A stretch of 64,000 nucleotides of DNA. Origin: Chlamydiota bacterium. Lineage in GTDB: Bacteria; Chlamydiota; Chlamydiia; Chlamydiales; RGXB01. Shown piece after piece: positions 49,772-59,922 of this stretch. The notes under the pieces were generated by a model. It saw only the letters and a program-made list of their open reading frames with translations, made no database searches and was not told the origin of the DNA. Within the stretch, counting starts at the first letter, position 1. The number at the start of each line of letters is the position of its first letter. The stretch lies in the NCBI GenBank assembly GCA_947494155.1, contig CANLTW010000003.1, forward strand, positions 1 to 64,000. Reading direction: 5' to 3'. The position numbers and the translations under genes were made by a program.

Positions 49772-50250
49772 TAGACACCTACCTTAGCTGAGGATTCCAA
49801 TTGCTCCAAAGCTGCAATCGTGGCACGCACGATATTCGCAGGATTACGACCTTTTAGAACCTTAGCAACAATATTTTTGACACCTAGTTGCTCCAGAAGG
49901 ATACGAACATACGAACCAGCGATAATACCTGTTCCGTCTTCCGTCGGCTTAATCAAAACTTCTGTACCGTCGGCTGCGCCGTGTACTTGATGTTCAATCG
50001 TGATTTCACCGATGGGGTATTGACGTACGTTTTTCATAGCTGATTCGGTACCCTTACGGATCGCATCAGATACGTCTGACGCCTTTCCAAATCCGATCCC
50101 GAGACGACCTTTTCCATCCCCTACTGATACAAGAGCGGAGAAGCTAAAGGTGCGACCACCTTTAACAACTTTTGCACAGCGGTTTACAAAAAGGACTTTG
50201 TCTTGTAGATCTGAGGACTCTTTGTGCTGTCCTTTTTTATCAAATGACAT
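49771..50250 (-). CDS. rpsE: 30S ribosomal protein S5
   Basis: VNRCAKVVKGGRTFSF. Confidence 0.95.
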   Translation of the reverse strand: MSFDKKGQHKESSDLQDKVLFVNRCAKVVKGGRTFSFSALVSVGDGKGRLGIGFGKASDVSDAIRKGTESAMKNVRQYPIGEITIEHQVHGAADGTEVLIKPTEDGTGIIAGSYVRILLEQLGVKNIVAKVLKGRNPANIVRATIAALEQLESSAKVGV

Positions 50251-50267
50251 TTTTCTCTCTCTACTCT

Positions 50268-50612
50268 TTAGAATTTCAAACCATTCTCACGAGCAGAGTC
50301 GGCAAAAGCCTTGACCCGGCCATGAAATTTGCTGGCGCCACGATCGAAAACGACCTCTTCGACTTTCTTCTCAGCTACTTTCGCCGCAAAAGCTGCGCCA
50401 AATTTAGCTGCGATTTCTGTCTTTGTCGCTCCTTCAAAAGAGCTGGATGAGAGACCCACGAGTGTAACTCCTTGGGTGTCATCAATCAATTGAGCGTAGA
50501 GATGCTTATGGGATTTGAATACTGAAAGACGTGGTCTATTCGATACTGCTTTAATTCCGCTACGCACTCTCATAGCCCGTTTTTCTTTGAGACTATATTT
50601 TTTATGTGACAT
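50268..50612 (-). CDS. rplR: 50S ribosomal protein L18
   Basis: RPRLSVFKS and VVFDRG..FHGRV. Confidence 0.95.
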   Translation of the reverse strand: MSHKKYSLKEKRAMRVRSGIKAVSNRPRLSVFKSHKHLYAQLIDDTQGVTLVGLSSSSFEGATKTEIAAKFGAAFAAKVAEKKVEEVVFDRGASKFHGRVKAFADSARENGLKF

Positions 50613-50621
50613 AACTATTCT

Positions 50622-51161
50622 CTACTTTTTGGATGCAGATTTACCCGCTTTGAGCTTGATATACTCGCCCTCATAACGGATACCTTTGCCCTTATAAGGC
50701 TCAGGCTTCTTAATTTCACGAATTGTTGCGGCAAAGTGGCCTACTTTCTGCTTGTCGATTCCGGTGATAGTAATCATCGTTTGCTTTTCGACTGCTACAG
50801 TAAGACCCTCAGGAATTTCCACCTTTACTGGATGGGAAAAACCGAGTGCTAGGTCTAAAGACTTTCCAACAACTTGCGCTTTAAATCCCACTCCTACGAG
50901 CTGAAGTTTCTTTTCGAAACCTTTCTCTACTCCCATAAGGGCGTTGCGGATCAAAGCGAATTCTGTACCCAAAAACTTTTTTTCGCTGAACTCGTCTTTT
51001 GGAAGAACAAACAACTCTTGCCCTTTTATTTCGACGTGCACTTGCGAGTTGACTTCTCTTTTCAAGGTCCCTTTTGTTCCTTGAATAGTGAGAAGACTTC
51101 CAGTTTGTGTCACCTTGTGTTTGGATGAGATAATCAAGGGTTTTTTTGCTAACTTAGACAT
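50622..51161 (-). CDS. rplF: 50S ribosomal protein L6
   Basis: LGFSHP and PEPYKGKGIRY. Confidence 0.95.
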   Translation of the reverse strand: MSKLAKKPLIISSKHKVTQTGSLLTIQGTKGTLKREVNSQVHVEIKGQELFVLPKDEFSEKKFLGTEFALIRNALMGVEKGFEKKLQLVGVGFKAQVVGKSLDLALGFSHPVKVEIPEGLTVAVEKQTMITITGIDKQKVGHFAATIREIKKPEPYKGKGIRYEGEYIKLKAGKSASKK

Positions 51162-51173
51162 GGACTCCTCGCG

Positions 51174-51566
51174 TCATGAGACACTACAAATAATTTCGCC
51201 GCCAATTCCTCTTTTGCGAGCTTCGCTGCCAGAGATGACTCCCTGAGATGTGGAGATAACAATATCTCCTCTGCGATTCTTGACATAAGGGATGGTTTCA
51301 GCTGTTACATATAAACGGCGACCCGGAGAGGAAAGCCGTCTGAGTGTGGAGATTCTTGAATGTCTGTTCATGCCATAACGCAAGTAGACTCTCAGAAGCT
51401 TCAACTCCTCATTGATAATAAAATCGTTGATGAACCCAAGCTCTTTTAGAACGGTGAGAATTGCAACCTTTTGCTTAGAAAGGGGGCAATCAACGTACTT
51501 GTGTTCAGCTGCGATCCCGTTCTTGATGCGAACAATAAGATCTGCGATTGGATCTGATACGGTCAT
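51174..51566 (-). CDS. rpsH: 30S ribosomal protein S8
   Basis: DPIADLIVRIKN, SSPGRRLY and GGEII. Confidence 0.95.
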   Translation of the reverse strand: MTVSDPIADLIVRIKNGIAAEHKYVDCPLSKQKVAILTVLKELGFINDFIINEELKLLRVYLRYGMNRHSRISTLRRLSSPGRRLYVTAETIPYVKNRRGDIVISTSQGVISGSEARKRGIGGEIICSVS

Positions 51567-51575
51567 GGATTACAC

Positions 51576-52130
51576 CTATTTTTTAAATGGAACTCCGAGA
51601 GCTGACAATAAATGAAAGCACTCGTCTTCGTTTTTCGCCGTTGTTACGATTTGAACATTCAAACCGATAACATGTTTCACTTTATCAAAGTCGATCTCCT
51701 GGAAGCACTCGCATCTTGATAGTCCAAAAGCGTAGTTCCCCTTGTGAAACTTTTTAGGTAATCCTTGGAAATCCTGTGTCGCAGGAAGGGACATTGTGTT
51801 CATTCGATCAAGGAAATCCCACATACGGTCCCCACGAAGTGTAACCTTCGCACCTAATTCTTGCCCCTCGCGCAATTTAAAGTTAGAAACAGATTTTCTA
51901 GCTTTAGTCTTTACCGGCATTTGGCCGCTGATCATACTAAGTGAATAAACTGCATCTTGGATAACTGCTTTATCTTTTAATGCCTCTTTCAACCCCGTGC
52001 TGATAACGATTTTTTCCAATTTCGGTACAAGATGGGGGTTACTGTATTTGTAACGCTCAGTAAGGTCCCCTCGCACTTTATCAGTGTAAAGAGTTTTAAG
52101 TCGGGGCTTAGATAACTTTTGAGTCGACAT
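51576..52130 (-). CDS. rplE: 50S ribosomal protein L5
   Basis: PKLEKIV, FKLREG and KVTLRG. Confidence 0.95.
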   Translation of the reverse strand: MSTQKLSKPRLKTLYTDKVRGDLTERYKYSNPHLVPKLEKIVISTGLKEALKDKAVIQDAVYSLSMISGQMPVKTKARKSVSNFKLREGQELGAKVTLRGDRMWDFLDRMNTMSLPATQDFQGLPKKFHKGNYAFGLSRCECFQEIDFDKVKHVIGLNVQIVTTAKNEDECFHLLSALGVPFKK

Positions 52131-52132
52131 AA

Positions 52133-52468
52133 CTATTTAGCCTCTACACTCTTTTTAATTGGGCGAATTACTTCGCCGGTTTTACGATTCACAAGAACTT
52201 TACCGTCTTTTTGATGGTTTGTTCTTGAAACTTTAATAGCCTTACCCTCTTGGGAAGCAAGGGAAACCTTGCAACTGTAAATAGGGGCCTCTTTCTTTAA
52301 AAGACCACCATTGGGATTTTGCTGAGATTTTTTTACATGGTGTGTCTTAAGCTGCACGCCTTCCACAAGTAGCTTTTGCTTAGCTGGATAAACCGCGAGA
52401 ACTTTCCCCTGTTTACCCTTGTCAGCTCCTGCAGTAACGACAACTGTATCACCTTTTTTGATGTTCAT
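52133..52468 (-). CDS. rplX: 50S ribosomal protein L24
   Basis: KOW motif IKKGDTVVVTAGADKGKQG. Confidence 0.95.
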   Translation of the reverse strand: MNIKKGDTVVVTAGADKGKQGKVLAVYPAKQKLLVEGVQLKTHHVKKSQQNPNGGLLKKEAPIYSCKVSLASQEGKAIKVSRTNHQKDGKVLVNRKTGEVIRPIKKSVEAK

Positions 52469-52477
52469 TGCTCTACC

Positions 52478-52846
52478 TTATAAAACTTCGGGCGCGAGGG
52501 AGAGGATCTTCATGAAATTTTTTTCACGGAGCTCTCTGGCCACTGGACCAAAGACGCGGGTTCCTACCGGCTCGCTTTTTTCATTCAAAATTACTGCCGC
52601 GTTAGAATCAAACTCGATCGTAGAACCATCGTTTCTACGAATAGTGCGTTTGGTTCTCACGACTACTGCCTTTACAACAGATCCCTTTTTCACTGGGGAA
52701 TTAGGAATCGACTCTTGAACAGCCGCAACTATAATATCACCAACATGGGCATAACGTCTATTAGAACCGCCCAAAATGCGGAAACATTTAACTTTTTTTG
52801 CCCCTGAGTTGTCGGCTACATCTAAAATACTCTCTTCTTGGATCAT
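52478..52846 (-). CDS. rplN: 50S ribosomal protein L14
   Basis: VADNSGAK and [13 protein letters not shown]. Confidence 0.97.
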   Translation of the reverse strand: MIQEESILDVADNSGAKKVKCFRILGGSNRRYAHVGDIIVAAVQESIPNSPVKKGSVVKAVVVRTKRTIRRNDGSTIEFDSNAAVILNEKSEPVGTRVFGPVARELREKNFMKILSLAPEVL

Positions 52847-53094
52847 ACTCCGGCCTGGCTCTTAGGGTTGCAAACTTTCCAGCTTTTCAGCTTAGAAATA
52901 GGGCGCGTAGACTCAAAAGAGACCTCGTCCCCATTCTTGTAAGAATTATGCTCGTCGTGAACATAGTACTTACGGGAAACATTCATTACTTTTTGATATT
53001 TAGGATGGCGCTTTCTTGTTGTCACTTTCACGACAATGGTTCTATCCATTTTATCGGATACAACAATACCCATCATTTGTGATTGTTTTTTCAT
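52843..53094 (-). CDS. rpsQ: 30S ribosomal protein S17
   Basis: [15 protein letters not shown] and TRPISK. Confidence 0.95.
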   Translation of the reverse strand: MKKQSQMMGIVVSDKMDRTIVVKVTTRKRHPKYQKVMNVSRKYYVHDEHNSYKNGDEVSFESTRPISKLKSWKVCNPKSQAGV

Positions 53095-53282
53095 CGTACC
53101 CTCTCCGAAAGGACAGTCATTGCTCGAGCATTAGCCTTTCTCTTTTCTTTGAAAACGTGTGGTTTCACGGCTTCAGCTCGAACGCGATAATTAGAACGCA
53201 AATTCAAAAGTTCAATACGATTCTCTTGAATCATTTTTTGAAGCTCTTCTGATGATTTATTGCGAATTTCTTTAATTTTCAT
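53091..53282 (-). CDS. rpmC: 50S ribosomal protein L29
   Basis: Size, position between rplP and rpsQ, and ELLNLR..KPH..AR. Confidence 0.9.
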   Translation of the reverse strand: MKIKEIRNKSSEELQKMIQENRIELLNLRSNYRVRAEAVKPHVFKEKRKANARAMTVLSERVR

Positions 53283-53290
53283 AAATTCTC

Positions 53291-53707
53291 CTAAACCCTC
53301 TCAAGTCTTTCTACAAAACGGGTTTTAATCGGCAATTTAGCGGAGGCTAAGCGAAGCGCTGTTTGGGCATCTTCTCTTGAAACGCCTGCCACCTCAAAAA
53401 GGACTCGACCCGGCTTAATTTCAGCAACATAGTGGTCTACGTTACCTTTACCTTTACCCATCCTTGTCTCCAAGGGTTTGGCAGTTACTGGTTTGTGTGG
53501 GAACACACGGATCCAAACTTGCCCTTTACGAGCAAAATGTCTGTTGATCGCAACACGGCACGACTCGATCTGGTTAGTAGTGATCTTACCACGATCCAGC
53601 GCTTGCATCCCGAAATCGCCAAACTCAACGAACTCACCACCCTTTGTTAGGCCGGCAATCGAGCCCTTGTGGGCTTTGCGAAATTTTGTTTTTCCAGGTT
53701 GTTTCAT
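53291..53707 (-). CDS. rplP: 50S ribosomal protein L16
   Basis: WIRVFPHKP and RMGKGKG. Confidence 0.96.
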   Translation of the reverse strand: MKQPGKTKFRKAHKGSIAGLTKGGEFVEFGDFGMQALDRGKITTNQIESCRVAINRHFARKGQVWIRVFPHKPVTAKPLETRMGKGKGNVDHYVAEIKPGRVLFEVAGVSREDAQTALRLASAKLPIKTRFVERLERV

Positions 53708-54345
53708 TCAGCACCTCGATCTTCTTCGTCGCCCAGATTTACCCAAACCTTGATCCCACACTTACCATAAGTGTGATGGGACTCTGATGTTGCGTATTGA
53801 ATTTTAGCTCTTAAGGTGTGCAGAGGAATTCTCCCCTCTTTAAACCATTCGCTACGTGCAATTTCTGCTCCACCCAAACGTCCGGAAACCATGACCTTGA
53901 TCCCAAGAGCACCGGCATCCATCGCCTGTTGGATGGCACGTTTTACAACGCGCTTGTAAGGCATACGCTTTTCAAGCTGCTGGCGCACGCTCTCTGCGAT
54001 AAGCTTCGCTTCCATTTCTGGACGCTTGATTTCTTCTACTTCAACCCAAACATCGCGATTCACGAGCCTAGAGAGTTCCGCTTTAAGCTCCTCTACATCA
54101 GCACCTTTTTTCCCGATGATTGCACCTGGACGTGAAGTAACAATAGTCACCTCAACTTTGTCGCCCATGCGTTGGATTTTAAAGGCGGAGGCACCGATTT
54201 GGTTTGCCTTCTTAGAAAGATGGTCTCTCAACGCCTTGTCTTCTTTCAAAAACTGAGGAAAGTCTTTCTTGGCAGAGAACCAATTGCTTTTCCAGCTCTT
54301 GTTAACAGATAGTCTGAATCCTGTAGGATTTACTTTTTGACCCAT
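53704..54345 (-). CDS. rpsC: 30S ribosomal protein S3
   Basis: [22 protein letters not shown] and PLHTLRA. Confidence 0.97.
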   Translation of the reverse strand: MGQKVNPTGFRLSVNKSWKSNWFSAKKDFPQFLKEDKALRDHLSKKANQIGASAFKIQRMGDKVEVTIVTSRPGAIIGKKGADVEELKAELSRLVNRDVWVEVEEIKRPEMEAKLIAESVRQQLEKRMPYKRVVKRAIQQAMDAGALGIKVMVSGRLGGAEIARSEWFKEGRIPLHTLRAKIQYATSESHHTYGKCGIKVWVNLGDEEDRGAE

Positions 54346-54357
54346 AAAATGTCCTTT

Positions 54358-54702
54358 TTAACCCCTCTTCTCTGACAGCTCAACTGTGATGTGGACTGTC
54401 GGTTTGCGAATTGGAGTCGTTCTCCCTTTGTTAGCCGATTTTGCACGACGCAATTTGGTCGCTTCATCGATTAAAAGAGTAGAGATGACCAGGTTCTCAG
54501 GTCTTGACCCTTTCTGTGTTTCAGCGTTTGCAATAGCGCTAGTCAATGTCTTTTGGATATGACGCGCTGCTTTTTTGTTCGTATGTGTCAAAAGCACTTT
54601 CGCTTCTTGTGCCATTTTTCCTCTCACGAGGTCAGCAACAAGCCTAGAGCGCTTCGGGCTGAGACGAACGTATCTTGATACAGCCTTAGATACAATACTC
54701 AT
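54358..54702 (-). CDS. rplV: 50S ribosomal protein L22
   Basis: RLSPKRSRLVADLVRG and SAIANA. Confidence 0.94.
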   Translation of the reverse strand: MSIVSKAVSRYVRLSPKRSRLVADLVRGKMAQEAKVLLTHTNKKAARHIQKTLTSAIANAETQKGSRPENLVISTLLIDEATKLRRAKSANKGRTTPIRKPTVHITVELSEKRG

Positions 54703-54709
54703 AGTTTAC

Positions 54710-54973
54710 CTATTTTTTGACCGGGTGCGATTTAAATGTTCTAGTTGGAGAAAATTCCCCTAATTTATGTCCGACCATGTTCTCAGTAACAAAAACCGAA
54801 ATAAACTTTTTGCCGTTGTGAACATCAAATATCACTCCAATCATGTCGGGTGTGATGGTTGAACGACGAGACCAAGTTTTAACCGGTTTTTTGTTCCCAG
54901 CTTGGTTCGATGCGTTCACCTTTTTTTGAAGGTGATGGTCAACGAATGGACCTTTTTTTAACGATCTTGGCAT
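54710..54973 (-). CDS. rpsS: 30S ribosomal protein S19
   Basis: [10 protein letters not shown] and [11 protein letters not shown]. Confidence 0.97.
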   Translation of the reverse strand: MPRSLKKGPFVDHHLQKKVNASNQAGNKKPVKTWSRRSTITPDMIGVIFDVHNGKKFISVFVTENMVGHKLGEFSPTRTFKSHPVKK

Positions 54974-54982
54974 GGAAAAAAC

Positions 54983-55816
54983 CTATTTTTTACGTCTCGA
55001 AATAATATACATACTTGAGTGCTTATTCTTCTTACGAGTCTTGTAACCCTTAGTTGGAACAGCCCATGGAGTCTCTAAACGGTAGCCGTTATGACGCCCT
55101 TCTCCTCCCCCGTGAGGGTGGTCAACCGGGTTCATCGCAGTACCACGTACTGTCGGGCGAATCCCCATCCAGCGTGAGCGACCGGCTTTACCCACAACTT
55201 GTGTGCTGTGTGAAGAGTTAGAAACTGTCCCGAAAGTGGCTTTGCAGTTCTCGTGAATCAAGCGCATCTCTGAAGATGGCAAACGAATCACAACAAAACC
55301 GTCCTCTTGTTTTGCAACAAGCTGGGCAGATTGACCCGCAGAACGGACCATTTTGCCACCGCGACCAGCCTCAAGCTCGATGTTATGCACAACAGAACCC
55401 ACAGGCATATCTTTCAACGCCATGGAGTGGCCTGGACGGAAGTTCGCTGTTTTTCCGGAACGGATAACATCACCCGGTTTAACACCATCGTAAGCGAGGA
55501 TATAGCGTTTTTCACCATCCTTGTAGTTAATCAAGGAAACGAAAGCGGAACGATTTGGATCATACTCGACTGTTGCAACAACAGCGTCGATCCCATCTTT
55601 GTCTCGCTTAAAATCTATTGTACGCAGCTTGCGCTTGTGTCCACCACCATGGTGACGGGTTGTAATGCGACCTGTGTTATTTCTTCCGCCTGTTCTTTTA
55701 CGAACACTCAAAAGAGATTTTTCAGGAGTTGCACCCTTTGTTAAAATTTTTGAGTAGTCTACAGTCTTAAGCTGGCGGGTAGACGGGGTAATGGGGCGAT
55801 AATTTTTTAGTGTCAT
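54983..55816 (-). CDS. rplB: 50S ribosomal protein L2
   Basis: EYDPNRSA and [13 protein letters not shown]. Confidence 0.97.
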   Translation of the reverse strand: MTLKNYRPITPSTRQLKTVDYSKILTKGATPEKSLLSVRKRTGGRNNTGRITTRHHGGGHKRKLRTIDFKRDKDGIDAVVATVEYDPNRSAFVSLINYKDGEKRYILAYDGVKPGDVIRSGKTANFRPGHSMALKDMPVGSVVHNIELEAGRGGKMVRSAGQSAQLVAKQEDGFVVIRLPSSEMRLIHENCKATFGTVSNSSHSTQVVGKAGRSRWMGIRPTVRGTAMNPVDHPHGGGEGRHNGYRLETPWAVPTKGYKTRKKNKHSSMYIISRRKK

Positions 55817-55826
55817 TGCCGTTCTC

Positions 55827-56135
55827 CTATTGGTCTACCGAGTAGCCTGGTTTCAGAGTGACATAAGCTTTCTTCTTTGCTTGTGTCTCTCCACTGCGTC
55901 CTCTCATACGGCGATGCTTTGTGCTAGTAATAGAGGTGTTTACAGACTCCACTTTAACATTGTAAATCTGCTCAACTGCCGTTTTGATTTCCGCTTTGTT
56001 CGCATGTAAATCCACGATAAATGCGAGGATATCCTTGTTGAACTTACGGATAGACTTGTTGCTATTGTTGTTTTTTAGTTGTTGGAGGTTTTGCACCTTC
56101 TCGCTCATGTAGCGAGTTTTTAAAATAGTCTTCAC
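55827..56135 (-). CDS. rplW: 50S ribosomal protein L23
   Basis: [14 protein letters not shown] and KKAYVTL. Confidence 0.93.
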   Translation of the reverse strand: MKTILKTRYMSEKVQNLQQLKNNNSNKSIRKFNKDILAFIVDLHANKAEIKTAVEQIYNVKVESVNTSITSTKHRRMRGRSGETQAKKKAYVTLKPGYSVDQ

Positions 56136-56148
56136 AAACTCACCTGTG

Positions 56149-56811
56149 TTAAGCGTTTAAGTAGGCTTCAAGCTCCGACATGTCGGAAACTACAATAAAT
56201 ACATTTTTGTTTCTTAAAAGATCCAACCCGTTCAACTGGCTTAAGGTAGACGTATAGACGTTAGGGATGTTTCTCAAAGACATTTTGAGGTTGAATAGCT
56301 CGAGCTCTTTTTCCACATTTCTGTCGCCGAAGAGAACAATACTATCCTTACCTGTGGCACCCGCAGATTTGAAAACTTGGTTAGCAAGTGCCGTTTTTGG
56401 ACCCTCTTTGAAGTGGTCAACCCACTCTGCAGGGACAACTACAACATTGCCGTTAGCAATCTTCTCATTTAATAAGGAGCGAATCGCCAATCTTTTTTCT
56501 TTTTGGTTGATACGGATGTGCTGGTCAAATTTAGGCTTAGGACCATGTGCACGGCCCCCTTTTCTCATTTGAGGAGCTGCCCAGTCCCCGTGACGTGCGC
56601 CACCGGTACCTTTTTGACGACGAGCTTTTTTACCAGTACGGTTGACTTCCCCTCTTCTCAGAGTACAAGCAGACCACTGGCGGAGGTTGAAGCGTAGAGC
56701 TTCGATGTAATTTTTGATTAGCGGCCTGTTAAGATCGAGATCAGCTTCAATGCGAATGGCTTGATCTAGGCACACGTTCTTTTTTAAATCAAAGTGTTTA
56801 ATCTGTTTCAC
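56149..56811 (-). CDS. rplD: 50S ribosomal protein L4
   Basis: RQKGTGGARHG and GGRAHGPKP. Confidence 0.95.
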   Translation of the reverse strand: MKQIKHFDLKKNVCLDQAIRIEADLDLNRPLIKNYIEALRFNLRQWSACTLRRGEVNRTGKKARRQKGTGGARHGDWAAPQMRKGGRAHGPKPKFDQHIRINQKEKRLAIRSLLNEKIANGNVVVVPAEWVDHFKEGPKTALANQVFKSAGATGKDSIVLFGDRNVEKELELFNLKMSLRNIPNVYTSTLSQLNGLDLLRNKNVFIVVSDMSELEAYLNA

Positions 56812-56820
56812 GTGTTACCC

Positions 56821-57471
56821 CTATTTCCCTTTGACCGATTTCGTGATCTCAACAATCCCGTTAGTAGCACCAGGAACGGCACCTTTCACAAGAATCACCT
56901 CGTTTTCACGATCGATTTTTACAATTTTGAGGTTTTGGATAGTCACCCTTTCGTTCCCCATATGTCCGGCCATTTTACGACCTTTCCATACGCGACCAAT
57001 AGATGAGCGCTGCCCTGTAGAACCTCCGTGGCGGTGAATAGGGCCCTCACCATGTGAGTAACCAAATCCTTTAAATCCATGGCGCTTCATAACACCCTGG
57101 AAACCTTTACCTTTGGAAATCGCGGTAACGTCAACGCTTTGAACGTCTTCAAGAACAGAAAGATCAATTTCCGTTCCTAGCTGGTAGTCTCCGACGTTGG
57201 CTACTCTTGATTCAATTAAATATTTTCGTGGCTCTAGTGCATTCTTCTCAAAGTGGCCGATTTGGGGCTTTGTATGATTTGCCCTTCTCGCTCCTGTCAA
57301 CTTTTCAGTAGCTAACTGGATTGATTCGTATCCATCTTTTTCGAGAGTTTTCACCTGAGACACTACGTGCGTTTTAAGCTGCAGAACAGTGCAGGGTACT
57401 ACATTACCTTGATCATCAAAGTGATGTGTCATCCCCTTCTTTCTGCCGATTAGCTTCAATGTTTTCGACAT
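56821..57471 (-). CDS. rplC: 50S ribosomal protein L3
   Basis: GRKKGMT, SKGKGFQGVMKRH and MAGHMG. The ATG follows a GAAGG SD. Confidence 0.96.
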   Translation of the reverse strand: MSKTLKLIGRKKGMTHHFDDQGNVVPCTVLQLKTHVVSQVKTLEKDGYESIQLATEKLTGARRANHTKPQIGHFEKNALEPRKYLIESRVANVGDYQLGTEIDLSVLEDVQSVDVTAISKGKGFQGVMKRHGFKGFGYSHGEGPIHRHGGSTGQRSSIGRVWKGRKMAGHMGNERVTIQNLKIVKIDRENEVILVKGAVPGATNGIVEITKSVKGK

Positions 57472-57649
57472 AGGTCTTCCTTCGAAACGAGGTGATTTTT
57501 TCAATTTTTTTAAGAATAAATCTCTCTAAAGAGTCTCTTGGGGAAGAGAGTAGCAAAAGATTCATTTTTCTACAAACTAATTTTAGGAACCCATCTCCCC
57601 TGTTTTAAAGGGTGTAAAGGATTTTTTGATGTCCGTTTTTTTTAAAATT

Positions 57650-58186
57650 TTAATTAGTTTTTTTTAAAAAAATTTGAGCAAGAATTGAGGTGGCGATCGA
57701 GGCCGCCATCCACCCCAGAAGAATCGCCGGCCTCGCATTTTTTTCTAGTGGTTTTTTTACAGATGCGATGCTAGCCAAGCTATAAGCATTAAAAAATACA
57801 TGTGACAAATAGTTGGCTGCATTTTGAATAGTAAATTCTTTTTTAAGTTGATTGTAGGAAAAGATTTGCTCGTCCCATCCATCGACTGCACCTAAGAAGA
57901 GGCCACCAATTCTTGCTATTTTCACCGTTTGCTGATGGAAAGAGAGGGGAAATTTTCTGCCGACTACATCAAAAAGTCGTAGACAATCGGCTAAAACCTT
58001 AGTTGCGATAACCGTTTTCCTTTGCAAGGCGAGGATTCCATGGGTTTTGTGGAAAAGTTCCCGATTTTTGTATCTTTCGGTGTCTTTTTTAAGAAAATAG
58101 AGCCAGAAGCATACATCAAAAGCAAATCCCCCATGCTTGGCTATTGGGAACACTGCGGTTGAGCTGTTTTGCTGATTAATCTGCAT
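57650..58186 (-). CDS. Hypothetical amphipathic/membrane protein (array member 4)
   Basis: 178-aa ORF ending in a hydrophobic hairpin followed by a basic tail. Confidence 0.6.
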   Translation of the reverse strand: MQINQQNSSTAVFPIAKHGGFAFDVCFWLYFLKKDTERYKNRELFHKTHGILALQRKTVIATKVLADCLRLFDVVGRKFPLSFHQQTVKIARIGGLFLGAVDGWDEQIFSYNQLKKEFTIQNAANYLSHVFFNAYSLASIASVKKPLEKNARPAILLGWMAASIATSILAQIFLKKTN

Positions 58187-58355
58187 AAAAGGAAAGCGGT
58201 ATTTCTTAACTAATTAAAATTTAGCAGAATAAATCAAAAATTTCAATCAAACATTTTAATCGTAAATAAAAAAAATTTAAAAACAAGATAAATAGTTTTT
58301 AAGCTTCCCCCAACCAAATTAGAGCCAGTCCTTTTAGAGGGGGGAATGAAAGGGA

Positions 58356-59012
58356 TTACTTTGTGTCTATGTAGTGCAACGTTAGTGCGGAGGTTAAGCT
58401 GGTTAGCCCCATAGCAGCGCCAAGTAATGGAGATACTGCACTCCCCCTCACCAGGGTATTCAAGAAAATTGCACCGCCTGCAACATCAATTGCATTAGAT
58501 ACGGTGTTTAATAGTTTCTTGGGCCCTATAGAAGCCGCTTCCCCTTTTTTTTGTTCCATGAGGTTTTTAGATGCATACCAAGCGGATCCTAGGGCGCAAA
58601 CGCCCTCAATAGGCATGGAGAGCACTTTTAGTACCGGGTAACCAAAGGAGGCTATAGCTTTAAATAAATCTTTAACCACTTTGGCAATTTTTAGTGCTGC
58701 TTTACCTAAACCCGAAATCTTCTTCCCCTCTTTTACCTCGCTCGAAAACTGGTCAACCGAGAGGACGAGGTCTTTGGGAGCCAGACCAAAATTTGCTGCA
58801 TTAAAAAAATTTCTTGCTATTTCGACAACAGCTGATTGGCCTGGTAAGACCTTAGTCATTTGGCCAAATGTGAGAGCTGCAACTCCCCATTTACCCAGGA
58901 GCCGAGGCTTATTTTCCAAAAGGTCCAAAGTCTTATCTTTAAATGACTCAACTCTAGCTGGTTGGGAAATAAACGTGTTTTCCACTGTTTGCGTTGCAAT
59001 CGATAGAGCCAT
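58356..59012 (-). CDS. Hypothetical amphipathic/membrane protein (array member 3)
   Basis: Paralogous by eye to 59139..59906 (KPRL, LAPxDLV, terminal HYI). Confidence 0.7.
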   Translation of the reverse strand: MALSIATQTVENTFISQPARVESFKDKTLDLLENKPRLLGKWGVAALTFGQMTKVLPGQSAVVEIARNFFNAANFGLAPKDLVLSVDQFSSEVKEGKKISGLGKAALKIAKVVKDLFKAIASFGYPVLKVLSMPIEGVCALGSAWYASKNLMEQKKGEAASIGPKKLLNTVSNAIDVAGGAIFLNTLVRGSAVSPLLGAAMGLTSLTSALTLHYIDTK

Positions 59013-59078
59013 ATGTTTTTTCCGTTTTTCAATCACTATTGGAGAACATATTATATTATATTATCTGATTTTAGATAG

Positions 59079-59113
59079 AAAAAAATATCCCCCATGACAA
59101 TATGGGGGATATT
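59079..59113 (-). terminator. Intrinsic terminator between array members 2 and 3
   Basis: aatatccccca..tgggggatatt hairpin followed by a T-run on the minus strand. Confidence 0.75.
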
Positions 59114-59138
59114 CAAAACAAATATTTAATTTATCGGT

Positions 59139-59906
59139 TTAGCTGGCTTTGTGGTATACGAGGTTGAAATCTTTATGCACTCTATGAGCCTCTACATCCT
59201 CAATTTTTCGTCCGATGTAGTGGTCAGCTACCGAGGAAGCTACTGCTACAGTAGCTAATCCTAGCTGGAGATTACCCTCAGGTTTCTTCCCCTTTACCAC
59301 ATGCATCAGTCCCAAAGCTCCAAGGGTAAATGTCGCCAAATTTTTAATTATTTTGACGGCTTGCTGCAACCCTTTTGGAGTTTTAGCAACTTCTTGACCA
59401 TACTTGCGGATTTCCCCTTTGGGTATTGCATTCCAGGCTTTTTTGAGATCTGCACCGCTGCTGACAATATCAAGACCCGATTTAATGACCTCTACTTTTG
59501 TCATTAATTGGGTATTCTCTGATCCAGTAAAAAAAGATACCCCTTTTAATGTGTCTCTAAAATTTGTAAAAGTTTTAGAAATGTCAGAGATCAATGTGCA
59601 GATCGGAGCTTTTGCCTGGATTTTTTCCCCAAGCTTTAGACCGTTAGAAACTAGATCAATCGGAGCCAAGCTTTTATCAATCGCCTCAAAATTTTTTCCT
59701 AGGTAATTGTGTAAAAAACCACCTTCCCTAATTAGATTGAACTGAGTCAAAAGAGAGGAGAATATGCTGAAGACTTTAGCAGCCAATCTTGGTTTCTCTT
59801 TAGGCAAAGACCAGACGTGTGAGCCAAGAGAACAGCTGATTGGCGGCTCGATAACCGCGCTCTTTGGATCATCGATTTTAACCATCATTATCGTTGTCAA
59901 ACTCAT
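59139..59906 (-). CDS. Hypothetical amphipathic/membrane protein (array member 2)
   Basis: 255-aa ORF with AAGGA SD and a C-terminal hydrophobic hairpin. Confidence 0.72.
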   Translation of the reverse strand: MSLTTIMMVKIDDPKSAVIEPPISCSLGSHVWSLPKEKPRLAAKVFSIFSSLLTQFNLIREGGFLHNYLGKNFEAIDKSLAPIDLVSNGLKLGEKIQAKAPICTLISDISKTFTNFRDTLKGVSFFTGSENTQLMTKVEVIKSGLDIVSSGADLKKAWNAIPKGEIRKYGQEVAKTPKGLQQAVKIIKNLATFTLGALGLMHVVKGKKPEGNLQLGLATVAVASSVADHYIGRKIEDVEAHRVHKDFNLVYHKAS

Positions 59907-59922
59907 AACATTTCCTTTAGTG

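Noticed and set aside
45535..57471. Missing rpsJ, rpsN, rpmD, adk, infA, rpmJ and rpsD in the ribosomal superoperon
   Set aside because: This matches the usual chlamydial arrangement and is not a novel loss.
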